In this document: one piece after another, positions 38,717-41,295 of the stretch | Position numbering within the stretch: position 1 is the first letter of the stretch | How the letters are laid out: the number at the start of each line of letters is the position of its first letter | Assembly (NCBI GenBank): GCA_048885535.1 | Contig: JBHLLO010000025.1 | Location: forward strand, 1 to 41,295 | DNA from: Candidatus Hermodarchaeota archaeon | GTDB lineage: Archaea; Asgardarchaeota; Lokiarchaeia; Sigyniarchaeales; SOKP01 | DNA: 41,295 nucleotides | Direction: 5' to 3' | Program-made: the position numbers and the translations under genes | Notes under the pieces: generated by a model | The model's input: the letters and a program-made list of their open reading frames with translations, nothing else | What the model was told of the DNA's origin: nothing | Databases searched by the model: none

Positions 38717-40000
38717 ATAAAATTTAGGTATGGTAAGAAAGGTTTAGATATTTCTTTGAATCCAGATTGGAATATCACTATAATAAAAGCAAAAAAACAG
38801 AAAGTGATAAAGAATCCTTTAGAACTCATTAAAAAAAAGATCAACGATCCCATTGGAACCGCTTCTTTAACAGATATTATTAATCAAAAAAAACCTTGTG
38901 ACCAAGTTTGCATCGTTGTATCAGATGCAACTAGACCTGTTCCTTCAAAAGTTATCATTAAGGCTGTTGTAGCTCATTTAAATGAAAATGGAATCACAGA
39001 TGACAAAATTTTAGTATTAGTTGCCACTGGACTTCATCGAGCATCTTATGAAGAAGAAATAGATAGGATTTTAGGGAGGAGTCTTAAAGAAAGAGTAAAA
39101 TACATTGATCATAACCCAAATAATAAGGATTCGATTGTTTTTTTGGGTGAAACTGAGAATAAAATACCAATATACATTAATAAACACTATTATAATAGTG
39201 ATTTAAAGATTTTGACAGGTTATGTTGAACCACACTTTTTCTTTGGATTTTCTGGAGGTAGAAAATCGATTGTACCGGGAATTGCTGGAGCAAAAACAAT
39301 TCAAGAAAATCACTCAGCTAAAAACATTAATTCACCATTCGCAAGATTTGGAATTTATAATGATAATCCAATGGCTAAAATTTCTACTGAAATTGCTAAA
39401 TTAGTAGGTGTGGACTTTATAGTTAACGTTTGTATCAATGAAAAACATGAAATAACCAAAGTGGCTGCTGGAGGCTTAGAAGAAGTCCATAGGAGTCTCG
39501 TTGATTACCAGTTACATTATATTTTTGAAGAGATAAATGAACCATTTGATATTGTGATATGTGGAAATGGAGGATATCCATTAGACTTAAATTTATATCA
39601 AGCTGTGAAAAGTATGGCATTAGGAGAACTTGTTGTTAAAAAACGTGGTACAATTATTTCAGTAAATGAATGTGCTGATGGAATTGGAAAGGGGCATGTT
39701 GATTTTAAGAAATTACTTTTTTCTAACATAGAACCCTCTCAGATTTATAATGGCATATTAAATAAAGAAATAATAATTCCCGATCAATGGGAAATCCAGA
39801 TTTTAGCTCGGATCTTGATGAAAGCTGAAATCTATGTTGTATCTTCTTTAAAAAAGAAAGAATTGGGAAATATTGGCTTAAAATATGCAAAAACAATAGA
39901 AGAAGCGATAAAAAAATCTTTAGCAAAACATGGAAAAAGTGCTAAAATATTAATCTTACCAGATGGACCTCAAATTATTCCCAGATTGAGAAATTCATGA
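38717..40000 (+). CDS. larA: Nickel-pincer-dependent lactate racemase (LarA superfamily)
   Basis: SDATRP, ATGLHR, PHFFFGFSGGRKS..PG, NLYQAVK and DQW..Q; frame is open upstream of TTG 38756 to ATA 38717 and encodes IKFRYGKKGLDISL; start uncertain. Confidence 0.85.
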   Translation: MKFRYGKKGLDISLNPDWNITIIKAKKQKVIKNPLELIKKKINDPIGTASLTDIINQKKPCDQVCIVVSDATRPVPSKVIIKAVVAHLNENGITDDKILVLVATGLHRASYEEEIDRILGRSLKERVKYIDHNPNNKDSIVFLGETENKIPIYINKHYYNSDLKILTGYVEPHFFFGFSGGRKSIVPGIAGAKTIQENHSAKNINSPFARFGIYNDNPMAKISTEIAKLVGVDFIVNVCINEKHEITKVAAGGLEEVHRSLVDYQLHYIFEEINEPFDIVICGNGGYPLDLNLYQAVKSMALGELVVKKRGTIISVNECADGIGKGHVDFKKLLFSNIEPSQIYNGILNKEIIIPDQWEIQILARILMKAEIYVVSSLKKKELGNIGLKYAKTIEEAIKKSLAKHGKSAKILILPDGPQIIPRLRNS

Positions 40001-40296
40001 ATAAATATGCATTTGATTACTATCATTCTTATAACAAATGGCAAGATGGGCTTGTTGCCCCACGACGAAAAAGTTTTATCAAAAATATTTTTAAATACGC
40101 GACTATCTTAATAATACATCAGATAAGTTTATAAATAGGATATTATTATACAAAAAAATATAACATTTATAAATTAAAAATGTAAAATTTAAGTACTTAA
40201 GTTTTACATTATTTTATTGGAACAACAAAAAAAATTAACCAAAACGATCAAATTTTCGTGAAACGGTAAAATTTATAAGAAAAACAAATAAAAAGA

Positions 40297-41238
40297 GTGA
40301 AAAACATGAGCTATAAAAATAGACTTCGTAACTATTCTGGACGATCTGAGAGTTCAGATGAGGTTAGTTGCAGTGAGCAATGTTGTGATAACCCCTGTGT
40401 CGAGTCAAAAGATGGCGATATTGTCTGTTTGAACTGCGGAATGATTCAAAGCCGTAATTTAGTTGGAAATGAACGACGCGCATATACTGTAGAAGAGGTG
40501 AACAAGAGGAGAAGAACCGAACCACGTTGGAGGGAATTCGGGCCTCGTACTATGTTGCCAAACACGAAGATCGACTCAAAAGGGAGACTGATTAACGCAA
40601 AAGGCAAAACTTTGTTCTCACGATTATCCAAAATCCAAAATTCATTGATTTCCAGCATTGAGCGTAATTTTTGGGAGGCAAAACCAAAATTAAAGATGCT
40701 CACATCTAAGATGAACATTCCCGAATATATCAAAGAGACGGCATGGAAGATATATTCTGTTGTGGCTAAGAAAAAATTGACGATGGGGAGATCAATTGAT
40801 GGCTTCATTTCCGCTTCCCTATATGCTGCAATTAGAGTGCATGAATTTCCTAGATTACTAGAAGAGGTATGTGATGCTTCCATGACTCCAAGGAGAACTG
40901 TTCACAGAAGCTTAGGAATGGTTGTAAAGGAGGTTTTACCTGAATTAAATCTACGATATAAACCAATTACAGCAGAGCAATTAGTATTTCGATTCGGTAA
41001 TGACCTGGGATTACCTATGGAAGTTCAGAAGAAAGCAATTAATATGCTTGCTCAAGCTTCCAAAAATGGATTATTACGTACAGGGAAAGATCCAAAGGGA
41101 TTAGCTGCTAGCGTTATTTACATGGCTGCAAAACAGAGCAACTGCCGAAAAACTCAAGCAGAAGTTTCAGAGATAGCAAAGGTCACCGAGGTCACATTAA
41201 GGAGTAGATCCAAGCAAATAAAAAGCAAACTCGGTTAG
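40297..41238 (+). CDS. tfb: Transcription initiation factor IIB (TFB)
   Basis: Zn ribbon CC....VC.NCG, ERRAYT, two cyclin repeats with GRSI and GKDP.GLAA..IY, and TQ.EV...A.VTEVTLR. Confidence 0.95.
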   Translation: MKNMSYKNRLRNYSGRSESSDEVSCSEQCCDNPCVESKDGDIVCLNCGMIQSRNLVGNERRAYTVEEVNKRRRTEPRWREFGPRTMLPNTKIDSKGRLINAKGKTLFSRLSKIQNSLISSIERNFWEAKPKLKMLTSKMNIPEYIKETAWKIYSVVAKKKLTMGRSIDGFISASLYAAIRVHEFPRLLEEVCDASMTPRRTVHRSLGMVVKEVLPELNLRYKPITAEQLVFRFGNDLGLPMEVQKKAINMLAQASKNGLLRTGKDPKGLAASVIYMAAKQSNCRKTQAEVSEIAKVTEVTLRSRSKQIKSKLG

Positions 41239-41295
41239 ATTGGTTAGTCTTTTTAAAGATTAATTTATTTTCAATTAACTGGAACGTTTTTTATT

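Noticed and set aside
40039-40070. Fluoride-riboswitch-like GGC..GATGG..GCC start
   Set aside because: The downstream conserved elements are absent and no crcB-type gene follows.
1-41295. tRNA, rRNA, CRISPR array, transposase or integrase
   Set aside because: No GC-rich cloverleaf or rRNA-like stretch, no regularly spaced repeats, and no recombinase motifs seen by eye.

Overview
AT-rich, densely coding archaeal chromosome segment, most consistent with an Asgard archaeon of the Lokiarchaeia (Promethearchaeota) type. The evidence is a FAWSP-type archaeal histone, TFB, a proteasome beta subunit, an IPGY/Loki-CTERM-tailed surface peptidase and several eukaryotic-signature-like proteins: a two-domain gelsolin, a longin-like domain, a RING-finger coiled-coil protein, an EMC3/TMCO1-family insertase and a dual-specificity phosphatase. 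About 37 CDSs are supportable. They cover housekeeping and metabolism (MfnE/MfnF-like, NOG1, Asd, type II pantothenate kinase, HxlB, class I aminotransferase, a GlpA-like three-gene cluster, LarA, a heterodimeric ABC exporter, a radical SAM protein) plus lineage-specific hypotheticals. I saw no rRNA, tRNA, CRISPR array or transposase. The most notable observations are a Zn-ribbon domain shared between the gelsolin C-terminus and a stand-alone small protein 8 kb away, a Thr1-less proteasome beta gene upstream of a RING protein, a protein built from dispersed MIT/TPR-like modules, tail-anchored proteins near a longin gene and an EMC3/TMCO1 gene, and a larA gene whose conserved N-terminus needs an ATA start or a frameshift. 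All family calls come from motif recognition by eye; no database searches were run.
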